Shown: positions 46,305-56,218 of the stretch, piece by piece
Layout: every line of letters begins with the position of its first letter
Numbering within the stretch: the stretch's first letter is position 1
Source: Patescibacteria group bacterium
Lineage (GTDB): Bacteria > Patescibacteriota > Minisyncoccia > Minisyncoccales > RBG-13-36-15
Direction: 5' to 3'
Assembly: GCA_018609195.1 (NCBI GenBank)
Contig: JAHCSE010000001.1
Location: forward strand, 9,559-73,558
Length of the DNA stretch: 64,000 nt
Made by a program: the position numbers and the translations under genes
Notes under the pieces: generated by a model
What the model was told of the DNA's origin: nothing
Databases searched by the model: none
The model's input: the letters and a program-made list of their open reading frames with translations, nothing else

Positions 46305-47420
46305 TTACCCAAAAGTAAATGTAAAGACCTGAAGTCCTGGTGAGTGAATTATTATTTCTAACGTGTGCCATCCGTACTCCTTCCCCGTATCTACAAGATT
46401 ATAGAGTTTTGATTCTTTGACCTTCGCGAATGACTTCCCCTCTTTAAAAAACGAGTCAGCCCCTTTGTTTTGCTCGGTAAGATATTCTCCATCGAGCTTT
46501 ACTTCAAGCGTAATCTCTGAATTTTCTCGATTTTCGAGCACTACATTTACCTTATTGGCCTTGTAGCGAAGGATGAGTTTTCCTTTCTCATCCACAAATT
46601 CTGCAAATTCAGGGTTAATACTCCAAGTGCCCACAAAATAAAAGCGGTTTCGCGCGATGCGCTCAGGTTCTACAAATGTATGTGGTTCATTCGGGCGAAC
46701 ATTTTTATCTTTATTACCAAGATTATTTATGCGCAAATACCCGAGATATATTTCCGGAGTCCCAATTTTTCGGAACTCAACACCAAGAGGTGCTTCTTTG
46801 ATTTCTGAAATTTTGTCAATCGAGAGAAATCCAGCTTCCAAAAGAAGCTGTTGAATTGCTCGTTCGGTTTCTGCATAACGGCCCTCTCCGAAATGATGGT
46901 AACGAATATTTCCATTAACGTCTATCAAATATTCAGCCGGCCAGTATTGGTTTTGAAAGGCATTCCAGGTTTTGTGATCGTTGTCCAAGGCAACGGGATA
47001 TTCCAGATTATATTTGCGAACTTCTTGTAAAACATTTTCCTTCTTTTTTTCAAAATCAAATTCCGGAGAATGAACGCTTAAAAGAACAAAGCCGCTATCT
47101 TTATATTTTCGATGCCACTCCGAAAGATGCGGAAAGGTACGGATGCAGTTAATGCAGGTGTAGGTCCAAAAATCGACCAAAACTACTTTGCCTCTTAGTT
47201 CCTCGAGGGTCAATGGCTCGGAATTAATCCAATCTTCAATACCTACCAACTCAGGTGCCTTTCTTTCAATGGGCAATTTTTGTAATTGCGGAATGGGCAT
47301 GATTCCTTTGAAAGTAATAAGACCTTTTTTATTTAGATATGAAATAGTACCCGCGATCAAAAGAAGCGCTAAAAGAAATAAAAAAATATACCTCATTGAA
47401 GTAATTTGCTTTGCAAACAA
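46305..47420 (-). CDS. Secreted thioredoxin-fold (TlpA/redoxin-like) protein with a large C-terminal domain
   Basis: 371 aa; VVLVDFWTYTCINCIRTFPHL. Confidence 0.6.
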   Translation of the reverse strand: MFAKQITSMRYIFLFLLALLLIAGTISYLNKKGLITFKGIMPIPQLQKLPIERKAPELVGIEDWINSEPLTLEELRGKVVLVDFWTYTCINCIRTFPHLSEWHRKYKDSGFVLLSVHSPEFDFEKKKENVLQEVRKYNLEYPVALDNDHKTWNAFQNQYWPAEYLIDVNGNIRYHHFGEGRYAETERAIQQLLLEAGFLSIDKISEIKEAPLGVEFRKIGTPEIYLGYLRINNLGNKDKNVRPNEPHTFVEPERIARNRFYFVGTWSINPEFAEFVDEKGKLILRYKANKVNVVLENRENSEITLEVKLDGEYLTEQNKGADSFFKEGKSFAKVKESKLYNLVDTGKEYGWHTLEIIIHSPGLQVFTFTFG

Positions 47421-47429
47421 ATGTGCTTT

Positions 47430-48185
47430 TTAGTTTTCTTGAACCCAATTAAGTTTTGCTATATGCGGAATCCACCCCTCTTTATCGACAGGCATATAGA
47501 TAGCTTCATACGTTTGCCCTGGCTTCAATCTCGGTTTTGGCTTAGGTTCATGATAATAGTAGGGCACCTCCACATCTATATCCGGAAAGCGCCACTTCTG
47601 TAAAAGTGAATAAATACCAGTTACCATTTTCTTGCCATCATTAATCAATAAAAATGATATCCAATAGGGATGCCCCTGCTCTTTTGGCCACGAAAATTCT
47701 GGTTCTTTTTGTTTTGAAATTGAGAGAACATCATTCTTTTGAATTGACGGTAGGGTATCAATTTTACCAAGAACAGTATTAGAGGCGATAATTTTCCTCC
47801 CTTTTCGAGCTCTTATTATGTAATGTGCACGGTCCTTATAATTATCGGTTACAAAGGCATAAAGGGAACCCTCAAACATTGGGAGTAATTTCGCATTAAT
47901 CTTCTTAAACGAATTGTAATTCTTGCAATCTTGATCCTTGCTTAACCTGCATTCCCATAACTCAAAATCTCTCGCTTTCACTGCTGGCCGAAATAGAATA
48001 GTGGTTGGTTCTGATTCACCCTTTTTTAACAAATCTACCTTCCCGCCGTATACACAGGCAAGAATAAATTTTGAACCAAAAAGAATCTTCGCCCGATGCG
48101 CCAAAACAGATTTATACGAAATCCATGCCGCTAACTTAATAAAAGTGCGACCTAAGATATTTTTTGTATCAAAAAGGAAAAACAT
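47430..48185 (-). CDS. Hypothetical protein
   Basis: 251 aa, no recognised motif. Confidence 0.45.
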   Translation of the reverse strand: MFFLFDTKNILGRTFIKLAAWISYKSVLAHRAKILFGSKFILACVYGGKVDLLKKGESEPTTILFRPAVKARDFELWECRLSKDQDCKNYNSFKKINAKLLPMFEGSLYAFVTDNYKDRAHYIIRARKGRKIIASNTVLGKIDTLPSIQKNDVLSISKQKEPEFSWPKEQGHPYWISFLLINDGKKMVTGIYSLLQKWRFPDIDVEVPYYYHEPKPKPRLKPGQTYEAIYMPVDKEGWIPHIAKLNWVQEN

Positions 48186-48202
48186 TAATACGGATCCTTC
48201 TA

Positions 48203-48979
48203 TTACAAATAATCAAGTATCCGCTCGTAGTCTATAAATTGCAAAGCTCTAAACCCCCAGGAAATTAAGAGCACCATCTTATTAGTAAGAAGCAGGATAC
48301 CAAGGAGGATAAGGAATGCGCCTCCGATAATTTCTACCCAGTGTAAATATCGAGTTATTTTTGTAATCGCAGAGGATACTGCTCCAATACCAGCGGCAAT
48401 AAGTAAAAAAGGGATAGCTAACCCCATAGAGAAAACGAAAAGGAGAAAGCCGCCCTGAAAGGCGGTAGAAGAAGTCGAAGCAAGAAAGAGAATTGCACCA
48501 AGAATTGGTCCCACACATGGTGTCCAGCCAGTGGCAAAAGCTGAACCAAGTAGAGCTGAACTCAATGGATTTCCGCGTCTGACTTGAAAAGGGAGTCTTA
48601 CCTTTCGTTCTTTGCTGAGGAATGAGGTAAGAAAAGGAATCCTGAAAATTCCTAACATAGAGAGACCGAAAAGTATGACAAATACGCCGGCAATACGCGT
48701 GAGCCAAATGCGATAAGCGCCAAAGGCTTGCCCTGCAAGACCTGCTAACGTTCCGAAGAGAACAAAAATAACCGTGACTCCCGCCATAAAAAATAGGCCG
48801 TTCAAAAAAATCTTCCTGCGGGCACTTCTTGCTTTTGTAGGATCTCTGAGTTCTTCAGCAGAGGTTCCACTGATAAAACCTAAATAAGCCGGTATAAGAG
48901 GAAGAGTGCAAGGGGCTAAGAACGTAATAATGCCGGCAATAAAAGCCGGGATAATGAGGGCAATTACTTCAGGGGTCAT
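48203..48979 (-). CDS. ccdA: Cytochrome c-type biogenesis / disulfide electron-transfer protein CcdA
   Basis: 258 aa; LAPCTLPLIPAY, TPCVGPIL. Confidence 0.8.
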   Translation of the reverse strand: MTPEVIALIIPAFIAGIITFLAPCTLPLIPAYLGFISGTSAEELRDPTKARSARRKIFLNGLFFMAGVTVIFVLFGTLAGLAGQAFGAYRIWLTRIAGVFVILFGLSMLGIFRIPFLTSFLSKERKVRLPFQVRRGNPLSSALLGSAFATGWTPCVGPILGAILFLASTSSTAFQGGFLLFVFSMGLAIPFLLIAAGIGAVSSAITKITRYLHWVEIIGGAFLILLGILLLTNKMVLLISWGFRALQFIDYERILDYL

Positions 48980-49506
48980 AATGCAAAAAGTTGTTGTACC
49001 TTAGATTTCATCTCATCAAAGGTCATGGGGCCCCGCTTATGGAAGAGGATATTTCCTTCTCCATCAACAAAAATTGTCTCTGGCATAGAAAATCCTCCGA
49101 TTGAGCGATAAAAAGAATCTTTGGGATCGAGGAGGAAAATAAGGGTATCTGTCACACCGAGATCATCTGTATAGCTCTTGGTTAGCTCAAGAGATTCAGC
49201 TCGGTCAATTGGAATAATGGTGATTTTATCTCCAAATTCCTGTTGGAGTTTTGCAAAATCCCCCAGTTCCTTAACGCAGAATGGACACCACACTGCCCAG
49301 GAATTTACAATAATGGATTTGCCTTGGAAATCGGAAAGAGCCACTGTGTTGCCACTATAGTCTTTCAAACTGAAATTGGGCGCTGGCTCAGGTTTTGGGG
49401 GCGTAAGAGTTTGAGTATCCTGTTTCTGACCCCCGCCCGAAACTATAAAAAAGATGATAATGGAGGCAAGAATAATAATTCCCACCACTACAAAGATTTT
49501 ATTCAT
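48976..49506 (-). CDS. TlpA/ResA-like thiol-disulfide oxidoreductase
   Basis: 176 aa; signal anchor; SWAVWCPFC. Confidence 0.75.
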   Translation of the reverse strand: MNKIFVVVGIIILASIIIFFIVSGGGQKQDTQTLTPPKPEPAPNFSLKDYSGNTVALSDFQGKSIIVNSWAVWCPFCVKELGDFAKLQQEFGDKITIIPIDRAESLELTKSYTDDLGVTDTLIFLLDPKDSFYRSIGGFSMPETIFVDGEGNILFHKRGPMTFDEMKSKVQQLFAL

Positions 49507-49562
49507 AATAAATGCTAAAGCGAACCCACGGATGTATCACATTGCCGTGGGTTTGCTAAGAA

Positions 49563-49721
49563 TTATGCACATCCACCGCAGCCCCCTTTTTCTTTATGAG
49601 TATGTCCGCACTTCGAACATTTTTCCTGACGCTCCGCTCCACAGCAGGTCCCAGGGCTTTCAGTAGACTCTGAACCACAGCCGGGACAAATATGTGTTTT
49701 TTCGGTTGTTTCTTCTGCCAT
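49563..49721 (-). CDS. Small Cys-rich metallothionein-like protein (52 aa)
   Basis: Hand-translated MAEETTEKTHICPGCGSESTESPGTCCGAERQEKCSKCGHTHKEKGGCGGCA; not in ORF track. Confidence 0.45.
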   Translation of the reverse strand: MAEETTEKTHICPGCGSESTESPGTCCGAERQEKCSKCGHTHKEKGGCGGCA

Positions 49722-49758
49722 ATTTTATATTTTTTGAAAATTTAATTTTACAATTTTT

Positions 49759-49769
49759 TCGACCTTTTC
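49759..49769 (-). promoter_or_regulatory. AAAGGTCGA motif (site 5), ~40 nt upstream of the metallothionein-like ORF
   Basis: TCGACCTTTTC. Confidence 0.45.
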
Positions 49770-49778
49770 TTGGTTGTA

Positions 49779-50834
49779 TTATTTATACAATTCGGTATCT
49801 GGATAAGCTGCCACCCACGAAAACCAAAAAGCAGAAAAGGGATTGATGCGCTCCTCGCTGCCATCTGGCAATATCTTAAACATCCTGATCACATCAAGTT
49901 CTTTATCAGGCCGCAAGATAATAGTGGTATCTTGAAAAACATCCTCTACAGTGCCTTTTTCTTTTACTGCATCAATGTGGTATGCCTTAGCTTCTCCATT
50001 GATAACAATCCCGAATACAAAAGCATCATTAGGAAGTCGGGTATCAGTAGGTTTGGCAAGGGATAATGCCAAGTTTGTAGTTGAAAAATAATCGCCATAA
50101 GGCTTTGAGCCATAAAAGCGAAGAGCTCCCGTATCTTTGGAAAGAATTTCGCCATCAGGATGTAATTTTTTCCAGTTGCCGTAGCGCATCTGGTCTGAGG
50201 GCAATACTTTGAGTTTTGTTCCTGTCATTTCTCCTACAGCGGCTTCTCCCAAAATTTGCGGCCACAGGCTATCTGTCTTCCTATCATACATCACCAAGTT
50301 TGCCTTCCAGAGTTTTCCTGAGGTTCCAAACTCAACTCTCTCCCCTTTTACCAGAGGATCAAATATATACCCAGTGAGACAGAGAGGACAATAAGTAACA
50401 AGAACGCGTTCTCCCTCCACAATATCATTGACGATTTCATGCCAGACAGTAATCTGATAGGGATAAAAACGGTGAGTGTTTCCTCTCGAAAAAGCAATAC
50501 CTGGCTCTTCATCACTTAACCACTGATTTGCCTCTGTAATAGAAATAAACTTTGGATTATCAATAGAGGGAATGCCGTCTTTGGGCGGACCTCCACTAAT
50601 AATTTCTTCCAAAGGTATACTATGTTTAACTCCATCCGTCACCATAATTTCTTTTTCGGTTACCACAATTTCTTTTTCTCCTTCTTTGGTGATAATTTCC
50701 TCTTCTATGAGAACTTTTTCCTCTCGTGTTTCTCCTTTCGGCAGTTCAAACCTTTCTTTTCCAAATCTTTGGAAAATTAAAAAACCTACTCCTAAAAGAA
50801 TTAAAACTAAAATAGCAATATTAATAATCTTCAT
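49779..50834 (-). CDS. Signal-anchored hypothetical protein (DUF3179-like?)
   Basis: 351 aa; VTYCPLCLTGYIFD. Confidence 0.5.
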   Translation of the reverse strand: MKIINIAILVLILLGVGFLIFQRFGKERFELPKGETREEKVLIEEEIITKEGEKEIVVTEKEIMVTDGVKHSIPLEEIISGGPPKDGIPSIDNPKFISITEANQWLSDEEPGIAFSRGNTHRFYPYQITVWHEIVNDIVEGERVLVTYCPLCLTGYIFDPLVKGERVEFGTSGKLWKANLVMYDRKTDSLWPQILGEAAVGEMTGTKLKVLPSDQMRYGNWKKLHPDGEILSKDTGALRFYGSKPYGDYFSTTNLALSLAKPTDTRLPNDAFVFGIVINGEAKAYHIDAVKEKGTVEDVFQDTTIILRPDKELDVIRMFKILPDGSEERINPFSAFWFSWVAAYPDTELYK

Positions 50835-50844
50835 TGGAATCTTT

Positions 50845-51099
50845 TTACTTTTTAGCCCACTGTTTTACCCTTTCGTAATCAACTTCGCCACAAATGAAAT
50901 CTTCGTTTGCAGTGTTGAAGAAAAATGGTACTCCCATACACCTCCCCTCCGCATATTCTCTCATTTTTTGAGCACTGTCTTTATTATGCCACACTTCGTA
51001 TTTTTCAACTTTTACCCCTTCTTCTTTCTCTAATCTCTCTATCAAAGGGTGCATATTCATACAATGAGGGCATTCTTCCCCGTAAAATTCCAAAAGCAT
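50845..51099 (-). CDS. Glutaredoxin/thioredoxin-like small protein
   Basis: 84 aa; FYGEECPHC. Confidence 0.65.
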   Translation of the reverse strand: MLLEFYGEECPHCMNMHPLIERLEKEEGVKVEKYEVWHNKDSAQKMREYAEGRCMGVPFFFNTANEDFICGEVDYERVKQWAKK

Positions 51100-51188
51100 G
51101 AGGTTAAAAAATCTGAAAGGCGCCTTAAAAACGAACCAGTCGCTCAGCTCCTTGTAATGCTTCGTATTAAAAGGCGTCTCAGGCTATT

Positions 51189-51338
51189 TTAAGCTGCGCA
51201 ACACTCTTTGGCGTACTTACCCGAACCACATCCACAAACCTTTTCTCTTGATGCACCACAACACGTTCCTCCTTCTTCACCCTCGGGAGGTGTACTGCCA
51301 CAGCTTTGGCATTTGTACTGGTCTTTTTCTTCAGCCAT
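51189..51338 (-). CDS. Small Cys-rich metallothionein-like protein (49 aa), paralog of 49563..49721
   Basis: Hand-translated MAEEKDQYKCQSCGSTPPEGEEGGTCCGASREKVCGCGSGKYAKECCAA. Confidence 0.45.
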   Translation of the reverse strand: MAEEKDQYKCQSCGSTPPEGEEGGTCCGASREKVCGCGSGKYAKECCAA

Positions 51339-51372
51339 AAATTGCTAAAAATTTAACGGTATTTTTGTTTTT

Positions 51373-51383
51373 TCGACCTTTCC
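51373..51383 (-). promoter_or_regulatory. AAAGGTCGA motif (site 6), ~37 nt upstream of the second metallothionein-like ORF
   Basis: TCGACCTTTCC then 90-nt hairpin CCCCGTAGAG...CTACGGGG. Confidence 0.45.
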
Positions 51384-51465
51384 CCGTAGAGAAATTTTGA
51401 CATCCGCCTTTGGCGGAAATAGTGTTTTGTTTAACAAAACACCAGTCAAAATTCTTCTACGGGGT

Positions 51466-51780
51466 TTATTTTAATAATCCTTTAATTTTTTCAGCAAGGG
51501 AGTAGCAAGCCATTCTCCCAATCTTCACCCTTCTTACCAAACCTGCTCTCTCAAGTAAACTCAATTGATGGGAAACAGCGCTTATACTAATATGTAAAAT
51601 TTGTGAAAAGTCAGTAGGACACAATTTTTTATAGTGTTTGAGCAAAAAAATAATTTTAAGGCGGGTGGGGTCAGAACAAAGATAATAAAAACTGCTTTTT
51701 TCTTTAATTTTTTGAGAAAGTTTTGCTAATTCTCTCTGGGAATTTTTGATTTCTCTTCCCTTAAGAAGCATTAATTGCAT
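51466..51780 (-). CDS. ArsR/SmtB-family metalloregulator
   Basis: 104 aa; DPTRLKIIFLL...ISAVSHQLSLLERAGLV wHTH. Confidence 0.8.
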   Translation of the reverse strand: MQLMLLKGREIKNSQRELAKLSQKIKEKSSFYYLCSDPTRLKIIFLLKHYKKLCPTDFSQILHISISAVSHQLSLLERAGLVRRVKIGRMACYSLAEKIKGLLK

Positions 51781-51941
51781 ATTTGCTCAACTATTTAAAT
51801 ATTATCTGGATAAAAAAACTTGTCAAGTGGTAGGTTGTGGAAAACTCAACCTTAAGAAATAAAAAGCCACTTTAAAACTTGGGGGTTTAAACTTTTGAAT
51901 CAACATGTTTTTGTCTTATTACTCTTTTTCCTTAAGATTAA

Positions 51942-52799
51942 CTACGGCAGAATTTGAAGTAGCCGTTCGCTTAACGTGATTACAATATTAAAGGCACCCA
52001 TAAGGATGAGGAAAAAGCCTCCTAATAACCTGATAGGTTTCATTTGCCTAACCAATGTTTGTGTCAAGGATTCTCTCGCAAATCCAGCTATAACTGAAAG
52101 TGATATCATGAGCAAAGCCATAACAGTACTTGCAAGTATAAAGACAGTTAAAGCAGAGGATAACCCGCCGCCACTCAAGGCAAAAAGAGAAAGTCCACCA
52201 ACTAAGGGAGCTACACAACCTATCCCAGCTAAAGTATATCCAAATCCAAACATAAAAAATTTACCAAACATTCCGCGGCCTCTTTTCGATATTTCAGTGC
52301 CAAGATGTTCCACTTTTCCTAAACTGACGAATACTTTATTGGTTACCAATGCCAACCCAAGTCCTATCAACAAAACACCAATGATTCGTCTAAACCATAG
52401 CAGTGCCGTTGTTCCTGGTTTAATAAAATTAATAAATGTTTCTCCCAAAAGTCCGATGACAATTCCGAAAAGAATCATAAACGCTAAAAGACCTAATGCA
52501 GCATAGAATCCATTACGAATCAGTTTTCCTCGAGAAAGTACTCGCCCTCCCCCACTCACCACCTCTGTTTGATAAACCAAATAAGATGGGAGGATCGGTA
52601 AAACACACGGATTAAAGAAAGCCGCTATCCCGACACCTAAGCCAGCGACAATAAGCGTAACCAAGGATATATCCGATGGTTTCATAAAACTTTTTGTAGC
52701 CGAAAAGAGGTAAAATCCGATAACTGCTATAACAATAAAAAACACTGCTAAGCCGATGTAAAGTAGAACAGGATGAGTTTTTGTCTGAGTATTATTCAT
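51942..52799 (-). CDS. CcdA/DsbD-family membrane protein (paralog)
   Basis: 285 aa; FNPCVLPILPSY, GIGCVAPLVGG. Confidence 0.75.
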   Translation of the reverse strand: MNNTQTKTHPVLLYIGLAVFFIVIAVIGFYLFSATKSFMKPSDISLVTLIVAGLGVGIAAFFNPCVLPILPSYLVYQTEVVSGGGRVLSRGKLIRNGFYAALGLLAFMILFGIVIGLLGETFINFIKPGTTALLWFRRIIGVLLIGLGLALVTNKVFVSLGKVEHLGTEISKRGRGMFGKFFMFGFGYTLAGIGCVAPLVGGLSLFALSGGGLSSALTVFILASTVMALLMISLSVIAGFARESLTQTLVRQMKPIRLLGGFFLILMGAFNIVITLSERLLQILP

Positions 52800-52844
52800 A
52801 GGTACTATTTGAAGTTATAAGCTATTAGTTAATCATTTTAGAAC

Positions 52845-52855
52845 TCGACCTTTGA
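52845..52855 (-). promoter_or_regulatory. AAAGGTCGAG motif (site 7), ~45 nt upstream of CcdA 51942..52799
   Basis: CTCGACCTTTG. Confidence 0.4.
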
Positions 52856-52896
52856 TTTCTTTTTCTTTAACTAATGCCCTCGTGGTTATAATAGGT

Positions 52897-53064
52897 TTAT
52901 TGATGCCTGTCCTGTAGGACGTGCTTATTAATTTCGAGATTGCAGCTTTTGTGTTCTCTGCACCAAGCCTCACATTTCTCTGCCCACTCTTCATCTTCAT
53001 ACTTATATCCACATTCCTCGCATTGATATAATTCTTTGTTTTCTTGTTCTATTTTCTTAACCAT
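52897..53064 (-). CDS. Small Cys-rich protein (55 aa), paralog of 57515..57700
   Basis: Hand-translated MVKKIEQENKELYQCEECGYKYEDEEWAEKCEAWCREHKSCNLEINKHVLQDRHQ. Confidence 0.5.
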   Translation of the reverse strand: MVKKIEQENKELYQCEECGYKYEDEEWAEKCEAWCREHKSCNLEINKHVLQDRHQ

Positions 53065-53332
53065 TTTGGGGAGATAATTCTTTTAATTTTTCTACTAACT
53101 TATTTTTATCAAGCCCTCCAACTGCAAAAAGCTCTCCATTAACGACAATACCAGGCGAAACCATAATACCGTATTCCTGAACCATTTTCTGGCCTTGTTC
53201 AGAAAACATATCAATGTATTCAATTTCCGCATCTGGAAATTGGGGTTTAATTTCTTCTTCTAAAGTTTTCTTTGCCGTGGCACAGTGACTACACCCTGGT
53301 GTTGAAAGTTCTTGAATTTTTATCTTATTCAT
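53057..53332 (-). CDS. Thioredoxin/glutaredoxin-like protein
   Basis: 91 aa; STPGCSHCATAK. Confidence 0.65.
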   Translation of the reverse strand: MNKIKIQELSTPGCSHCATAKKTLEEEIKPQFPDAEIEYIDMFSEQGQKMVQEYGIMVSPGIVVNGELFAVGGLDKNKLVEKLKELSPQNG

Positions 53333-53882
53333 ATTCTCTTAAGGCTTGGAAAGAATTATCTAATATATTATTGACCTTATCCCAATATCCTTGACTGATA
53401 GCATCATTCAACTCCTCTTCAATAAATACTTCGAGAGAGACTCCTCGTTCTGCAAGTCCTTGAGCGAGTATGCTTAATTTGAATTCAATTTCTTGAGGAA
53501 TTTCTGTTACTTGCCCCCGAGAAGTAGTGCCGGTATATGCCTGGTCAGCAAGGATACGAGCAGAATATGCTTGAAAAATTGAAGCATCTATAATTTGTTC
53601 TTTCGTAATGCTCGTAGAATCATATATTACCCAACCAGAATCAGTTCTCGGGTCAGCATCTGCTTGCACAACTCCTGGTATGCCCAATAAGGAATTTACC
53701 ACACTTGAACGACATCCCAGACAAAACATATTGTTAATCTCCAAATCCACCTTCCGAAGGTTTGCTTGGACAACATCTCCTCCAAGAGAAGTATCCTTAC
53801 TGCTGCCACCGAATAGAAACACTCCTCCGATAATTGCCCCCACAATAATTATTGACAATGGTATGAGAAGACTCTTATTCAT
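53325..53882 (-). CDS. Secreted heavy-metal-associated (HMA)-like domain protein
   Basis: 185 aa; signal anchor; NMFCLGCRSSV resembles GMxCxxC. Confidence 0.5.
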   Translation of the reverse strand: MNKSLLIPLSIIIVGAIIGGVFLFGGSSKDTSLGGDVVQANLRKVDLEINNMFCLGCRSSVVNSLLGIPGVVQADADPRTDSGWVIYDSTSITKEQIIDASIFQAYSARILADQAYTGTTSRGQVTEIPQEIEFKLSILAQGLAERGVSLEVFIEEELNDAISQGYWDKVNNILDNSFQALREYE

Positions 53883-53905
53883 AGAGGTTTAATAATAGTG
53901 TAAGT

Positions 53906-54200
53906 CTACTACATCCCCCAAATAAAAAATATAGTAAACATCCACATGCTTGTTAAAACTAATATTCCGCCTGCAACCTTTTTCATTGTTTCTGTTTTTC
54001 CAATCATTGTTTTGAAAAAAGTGTGCTTACCCTGTCCGATAAATACGGTAACTGCAATAAGAAATAGGGCTTGAAATTTAAAAACCCGCAGCTCGTTCCA
54101 TGACTTCAGCCACTTGTTCTTTTGTAATGTTTTTTGCTATTTTGATTACACTTTCGCAGCAGGTGCAATCTTTTATATGGATTATAGTTAGCGTTGTCAT
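53906..54200 (-). pseudogene. Gene remnant: ~170-nt duplicate of the 3' end of the CcdA-like gene 55387..56214, plus a 40-codon HMA-like ORF
   Basis: 53906..54075 about 93% identical to 55387..55560 with a 26-nt deletion; upstream ORF MTTLTIIHIKDCTCCESVIKIAK... Confidence 0.55.
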
Positions 54201-54235
54201 AATATGTGTTTAATTAGTTATTATTTTTCTATACA

Positions 54236-55357
54236 TTACCTTACTGAAGTATATTCTCCGAGCAGACCTTTTTTCGATAATACTATCTGCCATTGCTGGG
54301 CTTTTCGAGCCCGGAAGGATCCTGCAGCCGAGAGAAGATAGTATTTCCACATTCGATAAAATCTATCCCCATATTTAGTGCGCAATTCATTCCAGTGCGA
54401 ATTAAAGTTGTCCCACCAGTGCATAAGAGTCGTATCGTAGTGAGTACCAAAGCTATGCCAGTCCTCAAGAACAAACAGCCCTTCCGCTGCCTTTGCGATC
54501 TGTTTGTATGACGGAAGCATTGTATTCGGAAAAATATATTTCAAATACCACGGATCCAATCCAATTGAGGACGTACTAACACCTCCTGCGTCTAAGAGAA
54601 AAAGTCCATCATCGCTAAGCATGGAGTGAACCTTTTCCATGTAGAGTCGGTAATTTTTGTATCCGACATGCTCAAACATCCCTAACGAAACAATATGGTC
54701 AAACGTTCCATCAATATCACGATAATCCTGTAGACGAGTTTCTGTCGGCAAATCACCGCGCTGTGCGTTCGCATAGTCCGCCTGCTCTTTCGACACCGTA
54801 ATCCCTACACATTGAGCCCCGTAGCGCTCAGCAGCAAAGTTGATAAAGCTGCCCCACCCTGAGCCAATATCGAGAATTCGATCGCCTTTTTGTATTCCAA
54901 GTTTCCTGCACGTAAGGTCGAGTTTTAATTCCTGTGCCTCGTCAAGTGTTTGCGCATTCTTCCAGTACCCACATGTGTAGGTCAGTCGTTTGTCGAGCAT
55001 TGCCTTAAATAAGTCATTGCCAATGTCATAGTGATCTTCTCCAACCTGAAACGCGCGCAAACGCGGCATGTTGATGAGCTTTGCCTTGAGATAATTCCAT
55101 ACCAATACTGGATTTATGCGTGCCTGTTTTTCAAGTCTCGAGCGAAGAACTTTGTTAAAAAATTCATCAAGCTCTTTCACGTCCCACCAGCCGTCCATAT
55201 ACGACTCACCAAGCCCGAGAGAGCCCTGGCTTAGGACACGACCGTAGAATTTCTCGTTGTGCACTTGAATATCCCATGGTCGATCGCCATTGATTGTAAT
55301 ACCTGCCTCCGAAGCTAATTGTTCAATAACTACTTTAGGTGTAAACGGCATATTCAA
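54236..55357 (-). CDS. Cyclopropane-fatty-acyl-phospholipid synthase family SAM methyltransferase
   Basis: 373 aa; ILDIGSGWGSF SAM motif; noticeably higher GC than neighbours. Confidence 0.85.
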   Translation of the reverse strand: MNMPFTPKVVIEQLASEAGITINGDRPWDIQVHNEKFYGRVLSQGSLGLGESYMDGWWDVKELDEFFNKVLRSRLEKQARINPVLVWNYLKAKLINMPRLRAFQVGEDHYDIGNDLFKAMLDKRLTYTCGYWKNAQTLDEAQELKLDLTCRKLGIQKGDRILDIGSGWGSFINFAAERYGAQCVGITVSKEQADYANAQRGDLPTETRLQDYRDIDGTFDHIVSLGMFEHVGYKNYRLYMEKVHSMLSDDGLFLLDAGGVSTSSIGLDPWYLKYIFPNTMLPSYKQIAKAAEGLFVLEDWHSFGTHYDTTLMHWWDNFNSHWNELRTKYGDRFYRMWKYYLLSAAGSFRARKAQQWQIVLSKKGLLGEYTSVR

Positions 55358-55386
55358 TTATTTTTCTACAAACGTTAGAAAGATTA

Positions 55387-56214
55387 CTACATTCCCCATA
55401 TAAAGAATATAGCAAACATCCACATACTTGTTAAGACTAATATTCCGCCTGCGACCTTTTTCATTGTTTCTGTTTTTCCAATCATTGTTTTGAAAAACGT
55501 GTGCTTTCCCTGCCCGATAAATACGGTAACTGCAATAAGAAATAATGCTTGAGCAAGACTAAAAATCAGAAAGCTTGAAATACTGACTAAAAATTCTCCA
55601 CCCACAAGAGGGAAGAATACCAATGGTAAAAAGATGGGCAAGAAACACATCAATCCTCCAGCCCCATATACAATGCCAAAGCCAAAAAGATTAACGCTTT
55701 GTGAACGCCCACGACTCATTTTATTAACTTTATCTCTGAAGGAAGAAAGAAAATTAATATTGATAGATTTGCCACGCAAAAAAGCAATGCCGATAAACAA
55801 AATGAGAATTGCAACGGCAAATTTCAATTGGCTAGCATAGGAAGCCAGAAATGTCCCGATAGTCGCAAAAAGTAAACCAAGGACAATAAAGAAGCTGAAT
55901 ACACCGAGTGAGGCAATAATGCCAAGCTTGATACTTCTTTTAATTGGCGAGTGTTTTTCTTCTCCCTCGTCCATTCCAAGATAAAAAGACATATAAGCCG
56001 GAAGCACTCCTAAGGAACAGGGTCCAAAATTCACAATAAGCCCGGCAATGAAAGCAAAGCCCAAAATACCAAGCGTGCTAAAGGCAGCAAGATTGCTTGT
56101 CTGGGGAATAATAATCCCATACAGAACTTTCCAGCCAAAGATACTGGCAACCACAAAAATAGTAAGTGCTGCCAATATCCAAATGCTATAAGTTACTATT
56201 TTTGACTTAATCAT
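55387..56214 (-). CDS. CcdA/DsbD-family membrane protein (start at internal MIKSK; ORF extends to 56286)
   Basis: NFGPCSLGVLPAY, GGLMCFLPIF. Confidence 0.7.
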   Translation of the reverse strand: MIKSKIVTYSIWILAALTIFVVASIFGWKVLYGIIIPQTSNLAAFSTLGILGFAFIAGLIVNFGPCSLGVLPAYMSFYLGMDEGEEKHSPIKRSIKLGIIASLGVFSFFIVLGLLFATIGTFLASYASQLKFAVAILILFIGIAFLRGKSININFLSSFRDKVNKMSRGRSQSVNLFGFGIVYGAGGLMCFLPIFLPLVFFPLVGGEFLVSISSFLIFSLAQALFLIAVTVFIGQGKHTFFKTMIGKTETMKKVAGGILVLTSMWMFAIFFIWGM

Positions 56215-56218
56215 AAAA

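Noticed and set aside
48282-48707. 141-aa ORF inside ccdA
   Set aside because: It is an alternative frame of the well-supported CcdA gene.
51976-52506. 176-aa + strand ORF
   Set aside because: It is antisense to the CcdA paralog 51942..52799.
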